Below are positions 8,719-19,754 of a DNA stretch of 64,000 nucleotides, piece by piece; position 1 is the stretch's first letter; each line of letters opens with the position of its first letter. The DNA comes from Escherichia phage PE37: sequence record NC_054929.1. One strand, given 5' to 3'. Made by a program: the position numbers and the translations under genes. Below the pieces are notes generated by a model that saw only the letters and a program-made list of their open reading frames with translations, ran no database searches and was not told the DNA's origin.

Positions 8719-8903
8719 AAGCTTACTTAGAAACAATTGTCGTGGCTCAAAAAGAAGGTGGAGATGTTTCTACTTCTGTATCACAAATCATGATTGAATT
8801 TATAGATGCATATGCTTATAATAAATTCACAGAAACTTTTGATGCTTATGAAAAAGGTCCAAAGTTTGAAATATATCGTACTCTCTTACAAATAGATTAT
8901 TAA
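8715..8903 (+). CDS. hypothetical protein (62 aa)
   Basis: ATGA overlap with ligase; followed by terminator hairpin. Confidence 0.45.
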   Translation: MKAYLETIVVAQKEGGDVSTSVSQIMIEFIDAYAYNKFTETFDAYEKGPKFEIYRTLLQIDY

Positions 8904-8928
8904 AGGCCTTCGGGCCTTTAATTTTATA
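8903..8928 (+). terminator. intrinsic terminator
   Basis: AAGGCC-TTCG-GGCCTT hairpin followed by TAATTTTA. Confidence 0.65.
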
Positions 8929-8932
8929 AATA
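8925..8932 (+). promoter_or_regulatory. late promoter TATAAATA (alt)
   Basis: exact 8-mer 24 nt upstream of alt ATG, just after a terminator. Confidence 0.7.
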
Positions 8933-8955
8933 GAATAAACACTAGAGAGGATATG

Positions 8956-11049
8956 ATGGAACTCATTACAGAATTATTTGACGAAGATACTACTCTTCCG
9001 ATTACAAACTTAAATCCAAAGAAGAAAATACCACAAATTTTTTCAGTTCACGTTGATGATGCAATTGAACAACCAGGCTTTCGTTTATGTACCTATACAT
9101 CTGGAGGTGATACTAATCGCGATTTAAAGATGGGAGATAAAATGATGCATATTGTTCCTTTTACATTAACTGCTAAAGGTTCAATTGCTAAATTAAAAGG
9201 TCTGGGTCCAAGCCCGATTAATTATATCAATTCAGTTTTTACTGTTGCAATGCAAACAATGCGTCAATATAAAATTGATGCCTGTATGCTTCGTATTCTT
9301 AAGTCTAAAACTGCTGGCCAAGCTCGACAAATTCAAGTTATTGCTGATAGACTTATCCGTAGTCGTTCAGGTGGTAGATACGTCCTTCTTAAGGAACTCT
9401 GGGATTACGATAAAAAGTATGCATATATTCTTATACATCGCAAAAATGTATCACTAGAAGACATTCCAGGAGTTCCGGAAATTAGTACCGAGCTCTTTAC
9501 TAAAGTTGAATCGAAGGTCGGTGATGTTTATATCAATAAAGATACTGGAGCTCAAGTAACTAAAAATGAGGCAATTGCAGCATCTATTGCGCAAGAAAAT
9601 GATAAACGTTCTGACCAAGCTGTAATCGTTAAAGTTAAAATTTCACGTAGAGCAATTGCGCAAAGTCAATCATTGGAATCTTCTAGATTTGAAAGTGAAT
9701 TATTCCAGAAGTATGAATCTACCGCAGCTAATTTCAATAAACCTGCTACCGCTCCTTTAATTCCCGAAGCAGAAGAAATGAAGCTTGGAATTAATTCGTT
9801 AGCTTCTAAAACTAAGGCAGCAAAAATTATTGCTGAAGGAACTGCGAATGAACTTCACTATGACTATAAATTCTTTTCAAAAAGTGAGGTTGATGAAGTT
9901 TCAGAAAAAATTAAAGATGTAATTTTTAACGCAATCAAAAATGAACCAACTACTTCAATAAAATGTTTAGAGAAATACGCAGCAGCTGTTAATAAATTCT
10001 TTGAAGAATATAAAGATAATTGGCTTGATAAACATAATAAAACTCGTAAAGGGCAACCAGATGAAGTCTGGGGAGAAATAACTAAAAATGCATGGAATAC
10101 AGCAAAAACTAAATTCCTCAAACGAATGATTTATAGCTTTTCTGGAATTGGTGCTGGTCCAATGATTGATATTACTATTGCCCGTGATGGTTCTAAATAT
10201 ACTCCATCACAAAAGCGAGGTATTAGAGAATATTGTGGTTCAGGATATACAGACATTAATAATCTTCTTTTAGGTCGTTACAATCCAGAACGATATGATG
10301 TAATGAGTGAAAAAGAAATTGAATCTGCTATAAATAACTTAGATTCAGCTTTTGAAAATGGTGACCGTATACCAGAAGGCATTACAGTTTATCGTGCTCA
10401 AAGTATGACTGCTCCTATATATGAAGCGTTAGTTAAAAATAAAGTGTTCTATTTCAGAAATTTTGTATCTACTTCTTTAACTCCTATTATTTTTGGACGT
10501 TTTGGAATCACACATGCTGGTATTGGTCTTTTAGAACCAGAAGCTCGCAATGAATTAACAGTTGATAAAAATGAAGAAGGAATAACTATTAATCCAAACG
10601 AAATAAGAGCGTATAAAGAAAATCCTGAATACGTTAAAGTTCAAATAGGATGGGCAATTGATGGAGCTCATAAAGTTAATGTTGTATATCCAGGAAGTCT
10701 TGGAATAGCAACAGAAGCTGAAGTTATTCTACCGCGTGGATTGATGGTCAAAGTTAATAAAATAACTGATGCTTCTAATAATGACGGAACAACATCTAAT
10801 AATACAAAACTCATTCAAGCTGAAGTTATGACCACGGAAGAGCTCACCGAATCGGTAATCTATGATGGAGACCATTTAATGGAAACTGGTGAATTGGTTG
10901 CAATGACAGGTGATACTGAAATAGAAGACAGAGTTGACTTTGCATCATTTGTTTCATCAAATGTTAAACAGAAAGTCGAATCATCTCTTGGAATTATTGC
11001 GTCTTGCATAGATATTACAAACATGCCTTACAAGTTCGTTCAAGGATAA
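8956..11049 (+). CDS. alt: Alt ADP-ribosyltransferase (virion-packaged)
   Basis: N-terminus MELITELFD; R (YRAQ), STS and EAE motifs of the R-S-E ADP-ribosyltransferase fold; late promoter TATAAATA upstream. Confidence 0.9.
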   Translation: MELITELFDEDTTLPITNLNPKKKIPQIFSVHVDDAIEQPGFRLCTYTSGGDTNRDLKMGDKMMHIVPFTLTAKGSIAKLKGLGPSPINYINSVFTVAMQTMRQYKIDACMLRILKSKTAGQARQIQVIADRLIRSRSGGRYVLLKELWDYDKKYAYILIHRKNVSLEDIPGVPEISTELFTKVESKVGDVYINKDTGAQVTKNEAIAASIAQENDKRSDQAVIVKVKISRRAIAQSQSLESSRFESELFQKYESTAANFNKPATAPLIPEAEEMKLGINSLASKTKAAKIIAEGTANELHYDYKFFSKSEVDEVSEKIKDVIFNAIKNEPTTSIKCLEKYAAAVNKFFEEYKDNWLDKHNKTRKGQPDEVWGEITKNAWNTAKTKFLKRMIYSFSGIGAGPMIDITIARDGSKYTPSQKRGIREYCGSGYTDINNLLLGRYNPERYDVMSEKEIESAINNLDSAFENGDRIPEGITVYRAQSMTAPIYEALVKNKVFYFRNFVSTSLTPIIFGRFGITHAGIGLLEPEARNELTVDKNEEGITINPNEIRAYKENPEYVKVQIGWAIDGAHKVNVVYPGSLGIATEAEVILPRGLMVKVNKITDASNNDGTTSNNTKLIQAEVMTTEELTESVIYDGDHLMETGELVAMTGDTEIEDRVDFASFVSSNVKQKVESSLGIIASCIDITNMPYKFVQG

Positions 11050-11052
11050 ATC

Positions 11053-13110
11053 ATGGAACTTATTACAGAATTATTTGACGGCGCTTCGGCGCCGGTTGTT
11101 AACTTAAATCCTAAGCATAAAATACCACAAATTTTTGCTATTCAAGCCGGCGAAGAAAGCGTGCTTCCTGGATTTAGATTTTGTACATACACCTCTGGTG
11201 GTGATACGAATAAAAACGTTAAGCCAGGCGATAAAATGATGCATATCGTAATGATAGGTGTTAATGAGAAATTATCGTTAGTTAAGCTTAAAAACTTGGG
11301 TGGAAATCCAATTGGTGTCATTAATGCGGTTTTTGATACTGCTCTTCAAACAATGAAACAGTATAAAATTGATGCATGTTTATTCCGCGTACTAAAAAGT
11401 AAAACAAATGGCGCAGCTCGTCAAATGCAAGTTATTGCTGACCGTTTAGTACGTACTAAAGGAGCAGGTCGATATGTTCTTTTAAAGGAAATCTGGGATT
11501 ATGATAAAAAGTATGCATATATTATGGTTTACCGTAAAAATGCCAATTTAGAAGACATTCCAGGTGTACCTCCTATTTCAACTGAGTTATTCACAAAAGT
11601 TGAATCAAAGGTTGGTGATGTTTATGTAGACGTTAAAACAGGTAATGCTGTTCCTAAAGCTGTTGCTGTTGCCGCTTCTATTGCTTTAGAAAATGATAAG
11701 CGCACGGATCAAGCTGTTATTCAGAAAACTAAAATTAGTCGTCGATTAGCAGCACAAGCTCAATATTCTACTGTCGATGCTTCACTTCAGGGTGATAGCT
11801 TCGCCGCTAAGAAATATCAAGAGTTTGAATCTAAAGTTCCGGTATATAAAGCAGAAGGACCAATGAACTCTGGCGTTATTCAGATTGGTTCAAACTTCAG
11901 CAAAGGAGCTATCGGTGGTATGAGAAGTGCTTCTCGTTTTAAATCTAATGATTATGAACTAGAAAGTTTCCGAAATCATATTGCATTAGCCCATGCACGT
12001 TTACGCGATCCATCTATCAAGCTGCAGAGCGATACATCATATCAAGGTTCCCAGGAATATTTAAAGAATAAAGACTTCTTTAATTACAAAACTGATAAAA
12101 TTTTAAGCGATCTTGCTGATATTAATATTTCTAATAGTTTTGATGTTATTAAGAAAATTATCAATGATTTAGTTAAAGGTTCTAAAGCTACACCAGATGA
12201 AAAGACAGCTATTATTCAATTTGTAATGAATGGAATTTATAAATTAATTGATGAATCCGCTGCTCAGGCGTATGAATATGCAAGCACTGAAGTAACTCCA
12301 AAAGGATTAACTCAGGCTGAGTCCGATGTAATTGAAGATTATTGTGCAGATTCATATGTTGAAATGAACTCGTTCCTCTTGGGTAAACCAGATTCTACCC
12401 GTGAAGAATACATGGAACGAGCTATTAAACACATCGAGACAATGGATTCTGCCTTTGCCAAAGGATCAGTTCTTCCTCCAGGAACTACGCTTTATCGTGG
12501 ACAAGAAGTTACCTTTAAAACTTTACGTCATAATATTGAAAATAAAATGTTCTACTTCAAGAACTTCGTATCCACATCGCTTAAACCAAATATCTTCGGT
12601 GAGCATGGTAAAAACTATATGGCTCTAGATGATTCCGGTGCAGTATTTTCTGGTGAAGGAGAAGGTTCCGTTGATGCTGAAGATTTAATGCATATGGGTA
12701 GTCATTCTGCTTATGCGAATGAAGATGCTGAAACTAGCGTGGGTATGGTAATAAAAGGAGCTGAGCGAATTAAAGTTATCGTTCCAGGTCATTTATCAGG
12801 ATTTCCATCAGAAGCTGAAGTTATTCTACCGCGTGGAATTTTGCTGAAGATTAATAAAGTGAGTACTTACTTTATGAAAGAAACTGCTTATAACAAGTAT
12901 CTAATCGAAGGTACAATCGTTCCTCCTTCTGAACAATTAGAAGAATCAGTATATGATGGCGACCATCTAATGGAAACTGGTGAAGTTCGTCCAATGGCTG
13001 GATTTAATCAATTCCTTGTAGAAGAATCAAAAGAAGAGGAAAACGAAGTTTCTCAAATCTTAGCTTCTTTGGTTAACATCAACGGAATGTCTAAAAAGTT
13101 CAAGATGTAG
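11053..13110 (+). CDS. Alt-like ADP-ribosyltransferase paralog
   Basis: 685 aa; same MELITELFD N-terminus, conserved YRGQ/STS/EAEVILPRG motifs, divergent middle. Confidence 0.85.
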   Translation: MELITELFDGASAPVVNLNPKHKIPQIFAIQAGEESVLPGFRFCTYTSGGDTNKNVKPGDKMMHIVMIGVNEKLSLVKLKNLGGNPIGVINAVFDTALQTMKQYKIDACLFRVLKSKTNGAARQMQVIADRLVRTKGAGRYVLLKEIWDYDKKYAYIMVYRKNANLEDIPGVPPISTELFTKVESKVGDVYVDVKTGNAVPKAVAVAASIALENDKRTDQAVIQKTKISRRLAAQAQYSTVDASLQGDSFAAKKYQEFESKVPVYKAEGPMNSGVIQIGSNFSKGAIGGMRSASRFKSNDYELESFRNHIALAHARLRDPSIKLQSDTSYQGSQEYLKNKDFFNYKTDKILSDLADINISNSFDVIKKIINDLVKGSKATPDEKTAIIQFVMNGIYKLIDESAAQAYEYASTEVTPKGLTQAESDVIEDYCADSYVEMNSFLLGKPDSTREEYMERAIKHIETMDSAFAKGSVLPPGTTLYRGQEVTFKTLRHNIENKMFYFKNFVSTSLKPNIFGEHGKNYMALDDSGAVFSGEGEGSVDAEDLMHMGSHSAYANEDAETSVGMVIKGAERIKVIVPGHLSGFPSEAEVILPRGILLKINKVSTYFMKETAYNKYLIEGTIVPPSEQLEESVYDGDHLMETGEVRPMAGFNQFLVEESKEEENEVSQILASLVNINGMSKKFKM

Positions 13111-13162
13111 TTTACAAGGCCCTCATGTTGTGTTATAGTAGTCTTACTGACACAACATGAGG
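13110..13162 (+). promoter_or_regulatory. early promoter with stem-loop (PeSL-like), 12-bp perfect inverted repeat
   Basis: GTTTAC at 13110-13115, TGtTATAGT -10 at 13134-13139; IR CCTCATGTTGTG (13121-13132) / CACAACATGAGG (13151-13162). Confidence 0.65.
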
Positions 13163-13170
13163 AACACAAA

Positions 13171-13461
13171 ATGAAATCTTCTTTGCGCTTTTTAGGTCAA
13201 GAACTCGTCGTTGAAGGCGTTATTCCCGCTGATAACGCTTTCAATGAAGCAGTTTACGATGAATTTATCAAAATTTTTGGAACAGATAAAAAGTTCGGAA
13301 TTTTTCCTTCTGAAAATTTTTCAAAGCCAGAACAGACTGAAAGTATTTTTCAGGGTGTAGTAACAGGTAAATTTGAGTCAGAAGCTCCGGTAAAAATTGA
13401 AGTTTATATTGAAGAAACCTCTGTTGCTTCAGTTGCTGCTTTTATTTCATTCCGTAAATAA
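13171..13461 (+). CDS. hypothetical protein (96 aa)
   Basis: ATG after early promoter/stem-loop cassette; followed by bidirectional terminator. Confidence 0.5.
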   Translation: MKSSLRFLGQELVVEGVIPADNAFNEAVYDEFIKIFGTDKKFGIFPSENFSKPEQTESIFQGVVTGKFESEAPVKIEVYIEETSVASVAAFISFRK

Positions 13462-13467
13462 AAATAT

Positions 13468-13485
13468 GGGGACCGAAAGGTCCCC
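13468..13485. terminator. bidirectional terminator between convergent genes
   Basis: GGGGACC-GAAA-GGTCCCC; T-rich on both sides. Confidence 0.65.
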
Positions 13486-13489
13486 ATTG

Positions 13490-14455
13490 TTATATTGCTC
13501 CTAATATTTTACTTTGCGAATTGACAATTCCTGTCATAGTATTAATATTTGAAATGCTTCCTGCAGTTCCCCCTAATCTACTAAGTCGTGAAAGCGAATT
13601 AGATAGTCCAGTAACACCTCCACTATTTCCGAGAACGCTTTGAATACCATTTATAGTAGCAGATTCAAGCCATTCAAGGGCAGCTTGTCTATCAACTGCT
13701 CCAGCCTGCATGACTCTATAAGCGAAAGTAACATCAAATGTAGTTATTTGGTTATCTCCATCATATGATAACTCAGGAGCACTCACAGATATTGGAATAC
13801 AGCCAGTGAACATCACCGCAGTATGTGGTAATCCATTGCGAGAATGAAGATTGACCTGAATATCTGCCTCGACATCTTGCGGTAAAGCACGCAATCCAGT
13901 TACTGGGTCTTGAACAGCGTTAACCCAGTCTTGCATTGCACGATAGTTACAAGCTTCGGAATCCATTCTAAATGAAATAACCAAAGGGTCTAATTCTCTT
14001 CCAGTTATACGAATATTAGGAGAATTATAGTTCCAGTCAGTTTCATAGGATAATCTATTCTCTGGCATTTTTACAGAATATATCATCAATCCAGATGAGT
14101 TATATGCCATGTTAAAGAAGTCAATTAAATATGTACCAACTGTAAATGAGCCTAATAAACTTTGAACTGTACGTTGACTCATGGCACCAATAAGATATTT
14201 ACTAACCCCTGATTTTCTTATCAGTTTTTGTGTGCCAGCGGTAATTAGCGTGGTAATTCCCTGATTAATATCACCTTGAGTTAATCCCAACCAATCTGAA
14301 TTTAGACCCAAGTTATTATAAGCAAAGTTACTAATTGAGCTTATTAACGATGAGCTTTTAGTTGATGGAGTTGTAGCAAAAACACAGCTGAACATATTAT
14401 TACGTTGGAAGTCTGCGTTTATTGCTTGATTATTAAATTCCTCTAAAGAATACAT
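13490..14455 (-). CDS. 54: baseplate tail-tube initiator
   Basis: 321 aa; position and length as T4 gp54. Confidence 0.85.
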   Translation of the reverse strand: MYSLEEFNNQAINADFQRNNMFSCVFATTPSTKSSSLISSISNFAYNNLGLNSDWLGLTQGDINQGITTLITAGTQKLIRKSGVSKYLIGAMSQRTVQSLLGSFTVGTYLIDFFNMAYNSSGLMIYSVKMPENRLSYETDWNYNSPNIRITGRELDPLVISFRMDSEACNYRAMQDWVNAVQDPVTGLRALPQDVEADIQVNLHSRNGLPHTAVMFTGCIPISVSAPELSYDGDNQITTFDVTFAYRVMQAGAVDRQAALEWLESATINGIQSVLGNSGGVTGLSNSLSRLSRLGGTAGSISNINTMTGIVNSQSKILGAI

Positions 14456-15549
14456 TAGAAAGTCCCCGTATATAAAGAAGCACGGTTTAACGTAATAATC
14501 TCTCTCATAGTAATCTCGAGTGTAAAAGAACTTGGAAGGTTAGGAGCAATAGCTAATCCATTAAAGTTACCATTTGGTGTTTTATCAAATCTAATACTCT
14601 GTATTTGGCATGGACCGAATACTTCAGTCTTTCCATCAAATTTAGAAGTTGCACCAAAGTTTTTCACCATCCAAATTGTCGGGTTTGAAACTACAAGAAC
14701 GTTCGTTAAACTCGATGTCATTTTTTCAAATAACGTCTTGTTTTTAATCGCGTCTTCTGGCGTTAATGGTTCAATAAATGTAGAACGATACCACTCATCT
14801 AAATATCCTTTTATTTCAGCAGCATATTGAGATTTACCAGTTTCACCGTAAGAAAAATAGTTAAAATACTGATAGATATTAATAATAGCCATTAAATCTT
14901 CTGTTGAGCGTGGAGTCAAATCCCAGGTGAACACTTTTGTTCTATTTTCAGCACCGCCATACATACTTCTAGCTGTTGTATAGATCTGTTCATTATTATC
15001 AGCCATTATTCCTTGTGTTATACTTTCAAGCGCGCCAAATACTGCAGTTGAAGCCATATTACTTAATACGCCCGTAGCAGTTCCTCCGCCTTTTGTAATA
15101 AGACTATCTTGAACATCATTAAATCTATGTGATGACGTATCGACGTCAGATTTAGATCTAGGTAAAAGAATATTTGCAACAGGAACTTTACTTATTGTTC
15201 CTGAATTATTATCTGATATTAGTCCATTTGATAGTTTTGATACTGTATTACTGATAGTGTTTCTGGCTGTACGTAAAATACTCGAAGATGAAGAAGAGTA
15301 GTTAGATCTCATCGTTCTAAGACTTCCAGAATCCCTAGATGACATATTGTATGCAGTAAATAATAATCCATTCTTATATAGATCTGTTACCTGGAAGTCC
15401 CCTGTAGTGTCATTACCACTAGCACGCCCAGTTGGAAACTGGGCTGTGTATGTTTTAGTTCCTACTTCTGATTTAGTACTCTGTCCGGCTGAAATTGTTT
15501 CACCGGACTTTTTAATTAAATCAGCAGTTATTTCTTTAACAATTGCCAT
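14455..15549 (-). CDS. 48: baseplate tail-tube cap
   Basis: 364 aa; synteny; stop overlaps gp54 start. Confidence 0.85.
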   Translation of the reverse strand: MAIVKEITADLIKKSGETISAGQSTKSEVGTKTYTAQFPTGRASGNDTTGDFQVTDLYKNGLLFTAYNMSSRDSGSLRTMRSNYSSSSSSILRTARNTISNTVSKLSNGLISDNNSGTISKVPVANILLPRSKSDVDTSSHRFNDVQDSLITKGGGTATGVLSNMASTAVFGALESITQGIMADNNEQIYTTARSMYGGAENRTKVFTWDLTPRSTEDLMAIINIYQYFNYFSYGETGKSQYAAEIKGYLDEWYRSTFIEPLTPEDAIKNKTLFEKMTSSLTNVLVVSNPTIWMVKNFGATSKFDGKTEVFGPCQIQSIRFDKTPNGNFNGLAIAPNLPSSFTLEITMREIITLNRASLYTGTF

Positions 15550-15557
15550 ATTATTCC

Positions 15558-17330
15558 TTAATTAACTCCCGTCGCGCCAAATACACCAGGAGCAGTTGTG
15601 CTTGTGACAGGTGTCATATTATGAACGACAGTATTTTTCTTAATAACATTATTAGTATTATTGATTGAAGGAGATGCTTGTTGAACAGGAGCTTGTTGTG
15701 CTTTGTTCTTTTCAATCACCTGGACCTGTTTTGCTTCTGGCGATTTAGCAGAAGTTTCAGGTTTTGCTTCAGGTTGATTTTTCTTGAGCTCTTGATAAGT
15801 GGCATCAATTTTAGCAAATCTAGAAGCAAGTTCTTTTTTAACTGCTGGTGAATTATTTAAATCCGGATCATTCATTCGTTTTTTAAGGTCTTCATGAGCA
15901 GCTTCAATTGATTTAACTGTCGAGTCTTTGCTCATATCAGCTGAATCAGCGTATTTTTCAAAACGAATCATCGCAGCACGAGCTTCATTAGCTTTCATTA
16001 AAGCATTTTTTCTTTCTTCCGGTGAAAGTTGTTTTAATTTTTCTTCTTCTGCTGCACGTTCTTCGTCAGTAGTCAATGCTTCTTTATTATCTACACCACG
16101 AATCCAGTTAGATGCACGAGTTTTCCAATTCGCAATTTTGTCTAATCCTTTTGCTAATGGGCCAAGATCATCATTCATTCGTTTATCTTGATAATTTGCT
16201 ACTTTTTCTTGGTCTTCTTTATTAAGAGATGCTCCAGTAGAATTTTGAAAATTTTCTAATGCTCTTCCTTCTACTTCATCAGCAGTATCCTTCATGCCAG
16301 GAATAACTCGAAGAATTGCTGCAGATAATTTAGCCATACCTAATTGAATAAGCTCTCCTAAATTATAAAGAACACTTCCAAGCCCTTCAACAATAGCTAC
16401 TGTTAATCCGCCCCAATCTCCAGCTTCCCAGAACTTTTTAATTTCATCAATAGATTCAAAGATGCTTTGTAATAAAGGACCCCAAGTTCCTGTTTCGCTT
16501 GAGAAAGTTTTAAAATCAGTGCTAAATAAATCCCAGGCTTTTGAAAATTTATCTGACCAGTATTTAAAATGAACCATCAGCAGGTCTATTCCAATAACAA
16601 CAGCCATTATCAATGCAACCATTTTAGCAGCTTCAATAGCAGCACTGACGGTATACTTAAATAGCATGCTAGATATTTTATCAGTAATTGAAATAGATTT
16701 CTTAAATCCGAAATCAACTGTCTTTGTTAATTTATCTAAAGCTTGAGATAATTTTAAGTTAAATGCGTCTCTTTTTTGCTTCTCTTCTGGAGACTCTTGT
16801 TTTGGTTCAATTGGCTGAGGAGTAGGGAAAAAATCAGCATCAGGATCATTATTAACCGCTTCAGGAGCCGGTAATAAAGGACCCACAGATTCAGCTGTAT
16901 CATCCTCGACGACTTTAACAGGAATAGCATTTTCGACTACTGCTAAACTCGTTCCAGTTTGCTGAATTCCAGCTGTCTGAATTTTTTGTTCCAGTAAACT
17001 TGTTAATTTATCTAATTTGCTTCCGAGCGATTCACCGATTTCTTTATTAATATTGTTTCCAATTTCAACAGTTTCAGCAATTAACTCAGAACCAGCAGTA
17101 GTATCACTCACTGCGCTTTCTACATTGTCAATTGCTCCAATTATTTCATTCGATTTTTCTTCAACAGTTTGAGCAATTAATTCAGACGCAGCTTGAGCAT
17201 CATCCAATTTCGTAGATATATCGTTAAGTCCAGATAAAGTGTTAGAAGCGGATTTAGCCGCTTCCTGTGTTGGTTTATTATCTGAAATAACTTTTCTACG
17301 CATCGTTTGCATTTCTTGTGGCTTTTTCAT
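15558..17330 (-). CDS. 29: tail tape-measure / baseplate hub protein
   Basis: 590 aa; coiled-coil-rich; synteny. Confidence 0.85.
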   Translation of the reverse strand: MKKPQEMQTMRRKVISDNKPTQEAAKSASNTLSGLNDISTKLDDAQAASELIAQTVEEKSNEIIGAIDNVESAVSDTTAGSELIAETVEIGNNINKEIGESLGSKLDKLTSLLEQKIQTAGIQQTGTSLAVVENAIPVKVVEDDTAESVGPLLPAPEAVNNDPDADFFPTPQPIEPKQESPEEKQKRDAFNLKLSQALDKLTKTVDFGFKKSISITDKISSMLFKYTVSAAIEAAKMVALIMAVVIGIDLLMVHFKYWSDKFSKAWDLFSTDFKTFSSETGTWGPLLQSIFESIDEIKKFWEAGDWGGLTVAIVEGLGSVLYNLGELIQLGMAKLSAAILRVIPGMKDTADEVEGRALENFQNSTGASLNKEDQEKVANYQDKRMNDDLGPLAKGLDKIANWKTRASNWIRGVDNKEALTTDEERAAEEEKLKQLSPEERKNALMKANEARAAMIRFEKYADSADMSKDSTVKSIEAAHEDLKKRMNDPDLNNSPAVKKELASRFAKIDATYQELKKNQPEAKPETSAKSPEAKQVQVIEKNKAQQAPVQQASPSINNTNNVIKKNTVVHNMTPVTSTTAPGVFGATGVN

Positions 17331-17860
17331 TCAAATAATCCAATAATATTGCCAATTCCGGTTATTGGACCATTAGGGCCAGGAATTGCTAAAGTTGTAG
17401 AAATATCATTTGCCCATTTTAAAACAAATGCTGGCATCTCAAGAAAATTAATTTCTTTAACTTCATCGTTGACCTTAAGCAAGCATTTAGATAACATATC
17501 GCTCACCGTTAAAAATTGTTCAAATTTTCCAGGAGGTCTAAAATAAAATGTATTTCCTTGGTATTGAAATTCTAATCTTTGGCACACATAAACATCATTA
17601 ATGTCATAAGTATAACCATCTATTTCTTTACGAGATTTAATCTTTCCATTAAATTCCAATAAATGAATAGAAACGAAATCAACTTCTGCCGGTGATAAAT
17701 TCGGACAAATAGAATCAATAAGAAGTTTTAAATTTTCATCAGGACCTTTAACATCTTTTAAAATGTTATAATGTTTAAGACCCATTTTAGGAATAGAAAC
17801 TTCTTTATTGCTTATTGGAAGAACTACTTTCTTCAGTGGTAGTATCAGATTTAAATTCAT
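17327..17860 (-). CDS. 28: baseplate hub distal subunit
   Basis: 177 aa; synteny; N-terminus overlaps gp27 3' end. Confidence 0.8.
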   Translation of the reverse strand: MNLNLILPLKKVVLPISNKEVSIPKMGLKHYNILKDVKGPDENLKLLIDSICPNLSPAEVDFVSIHLLEFNGKIKSRKEIDGYTYDINDVYVCQRLEFQYQGNTFYFRPPGKFEQFLTVSDMLSKCLLKVNDEVKEINFLEMPAFVLKWANDISTTLAIPGPNGPITGIGNIIGLFE

Positions 17861-18980
17861 TTTTAACCTTAACTGGGTCTATTGTTTCCAGTTTCGTTGC
17901 ATTAGTGAACATATATAGATGTGTTACTGAATTATTATTGGATAATTCATGGATAACTTCATCAACGTAAAATTCTGTTTTAAATTGGTTTTTACTATCA
18001 TTAAAAATAATTTTAACGCCAGGAGTCAAGTTAAAATTACCGACAGTAGAACATTTAGCATAGCCATCATATTGTGCCATAGTTTGAAGACGAATAGCTT
18101 CTTCATATCCATTTCTATAAGTCATTTCAGAATAAGCACCTGACCTTGACACTACAATAGAGTTTTCACCCTTTCCTGTAGTAATCATTGGCAATGAAGA
18201 ATCCAAAAACGAATGCGCATAGATAGTAGCGTTTTTCATTGGGTCACGTTTGTGAGGATTCGATTTAGTCAACCAAACGAAATCATATGCCAATGGATAT
18301 TTTAATTCTTGGATGAATTGACCTATTAAAGATGGCTCACCGACAATCATTGGATATGGTTCTTGATTTATCATCATATCATAGTCCATCATGTTAACTC
18401 CCATGATGTCTTGCCACACAAATACAAATTTGTCACTTCCTACAGCTAGAGCAACTTCTCTAACATATGACAAATAGTTTTCAAATGTACTAGTCCACGG
18501 AATATCAGGAACATAAGCATTTATAGCATTTATTGCTGGAGTTAATAACGTGCGATCCTGATAAATGACACCAAGCATTTCCTTTATAGATTCACCTGCA
18601 TCAGAGAAAAACGGTCTGCCAAATTTAAGATTTTCTATAGAATGAATAGTTCCCAATTCAATAGCAATGATGTTATCACCCTTTGAATCTACTGACACGG
18701 AAAAATGCTTACATCCATAAATTCGTGTTTTAACATTATTAATATCGTTTGCATTAGCTACAGAAATCTGAATTATTTCATTTCCATCCATTTTTGTATG
18801 AATGTTTTTAGAATCATAAAATTGTAGCATTCCTTCATTTCGACCATAAAGAGAGTCACGCATAGTTAATGTGGTAATAGTAGCAGCTAATTCAACAAAT
18901 CTATTATTACTCCAAGCGTCATAACTCTCAAATAATTTAACGCTGAGATTTGGATATCCAGGACGTTGTAACATACTCAT
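17805..18980 (-). CDS. 27: baseplate hub subunit
   Basis: 391 aa; synteny. Confidence 0.85.
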   Translation of the reverse strand: MSMLQRPGYPNLSVKLFESYDAWSNNRFVELAATITTLTMRDSLYGRNEGMLQFYDSKNIHTKMDGNEIIQISVANANDINNVKTRIYGCKHFSVSVDSKGDNIIAIELGTIHSIENLKFGRPFFSDAGESIKEMLGVIYQDRTLLTPAINAINAYVPDIPWTSTFENYLSYVREVALAVGSDKFVFVWQDIMGVNMMDYDMMINQEPYPMIVGEPSLIGQFIQELKYPLAYDFVWLTKSNPHKRDPMKNATIYAHSFLDSSLPMITTGKGENSIVVSRSGAYSEMTYRNGYEEAIRLQTMAQYDGYAKCSTVGNFNLTPGVKIIFNDSKNQFKTEFYVDEVIHELSNNNSVTHLYMFTNATKLETIDPVKVKNEFKSDTTTEESSSSNKQ

Positions 18981-19729
18981 TGATGCTTATCCTTCTCAAT
19001 CAGTTTTAATACGAATCCGCGCTCGGCAGGAATCATTTTCATTATTGAATTTAAGCTATAATTACTTTTTACAAGCGTGTGATTAATTTGATAAAAAGTA
19101 AATATCTCATCTGGATTAACTAATAGCTTAAACACATCTACTATATCAGTGTATTTTTTAATGTACTTATCACAACACGACATGTGCAATGTTAAATTAA
19201 TAGGATTCATTGCATCGAGAATTTTTTCTAATGTTTCTATCTCGATGGCGTCAACAAGTTCTATTTGACTTGATTCACTAATTTCCTTCCAATCATACCA
19301 CATTTCATCTACTTGGACAGAATGAATATTTTCAGTAATCATCTTTGCTTTATTTTCATAAAACTCAGAAGGAAAATTTAATTTAATTTTAACATTAGCT
19401 ACATCAAAAATAGGTTCCTTTAATTCTTTTTGATATATTTCAAATGGAACTGTCTTTTCTTTTTTACATTTTGGACATATGAATGTGACTGGTACTTTAG
19501 TTTTACCTATTGACCCTACAAATACCTGCAAAAATATAAATGGTTGCCAAGTCTTTGGATAGTCTCCAAAATAATCAGCAATTAAATCAGCAATTACTTC
19601 TTTTTGTTCTTGTGGTGACCGATGTTCTATATCGTTTCGAACTAACAAAAAATCTCGATAATCTTCTACCGTAAATGGTTTAAAACGATGAACACCATCT
19701 GGTAATTTACAACGAATAATGTTTGCCAT
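18977..19729 (-). CDS. 51: baseplate hub assembly catalyst
   Basis: 250 aa; late promoter on minus strand at 19747-19754. Confidence 0.8.
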   Translation of the reverse strand: MANIIRCKLPDGVHRFKPFTVEDYRDFLLVRNDIEHRSPQEQKEVIADLIADYFGDYPKTWQPFIFLQVFVGSIGKTKVPVTFICPKCKKEKTVPFEIYQKELKEPIFDVANVKIKLNFPSEFYENKAKMITENIHSVQVDEMWYDWKEISESSQIELVDAIEIETLEKILDAMNPINLTLHMSCCDKYIKKYTDIVDVFKLLVNPDEIFTFYQINHTLVKSNYSLNSIMKMIPAERGFVLKLIEKDKHQ

Positions 19730-19746
19730 AGATGCTCCTTTTATTC

Positions 19747-19754
19747 TATTTATA
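19747..19754 (-). promoter_or_regulatory. late promoter TATAAATA (gene 51)
   Basis: exact 8-mer on minus strand 18 nt upstream of gene 51 ATG. Confidence 0.7.

Noticed and set aside
9245-9457. Short ORFs embedded in or antisense to large conserved genes (for example 9245-9457, 15928-16191, 30267-30611, 32378-32877, 43763-44011, 48014-48349)
   Set aside because: Lie wholly inside well-supported genes, lack RBS or promoter context, and have low-complexity or strand-mirror composition; most likely spurious.
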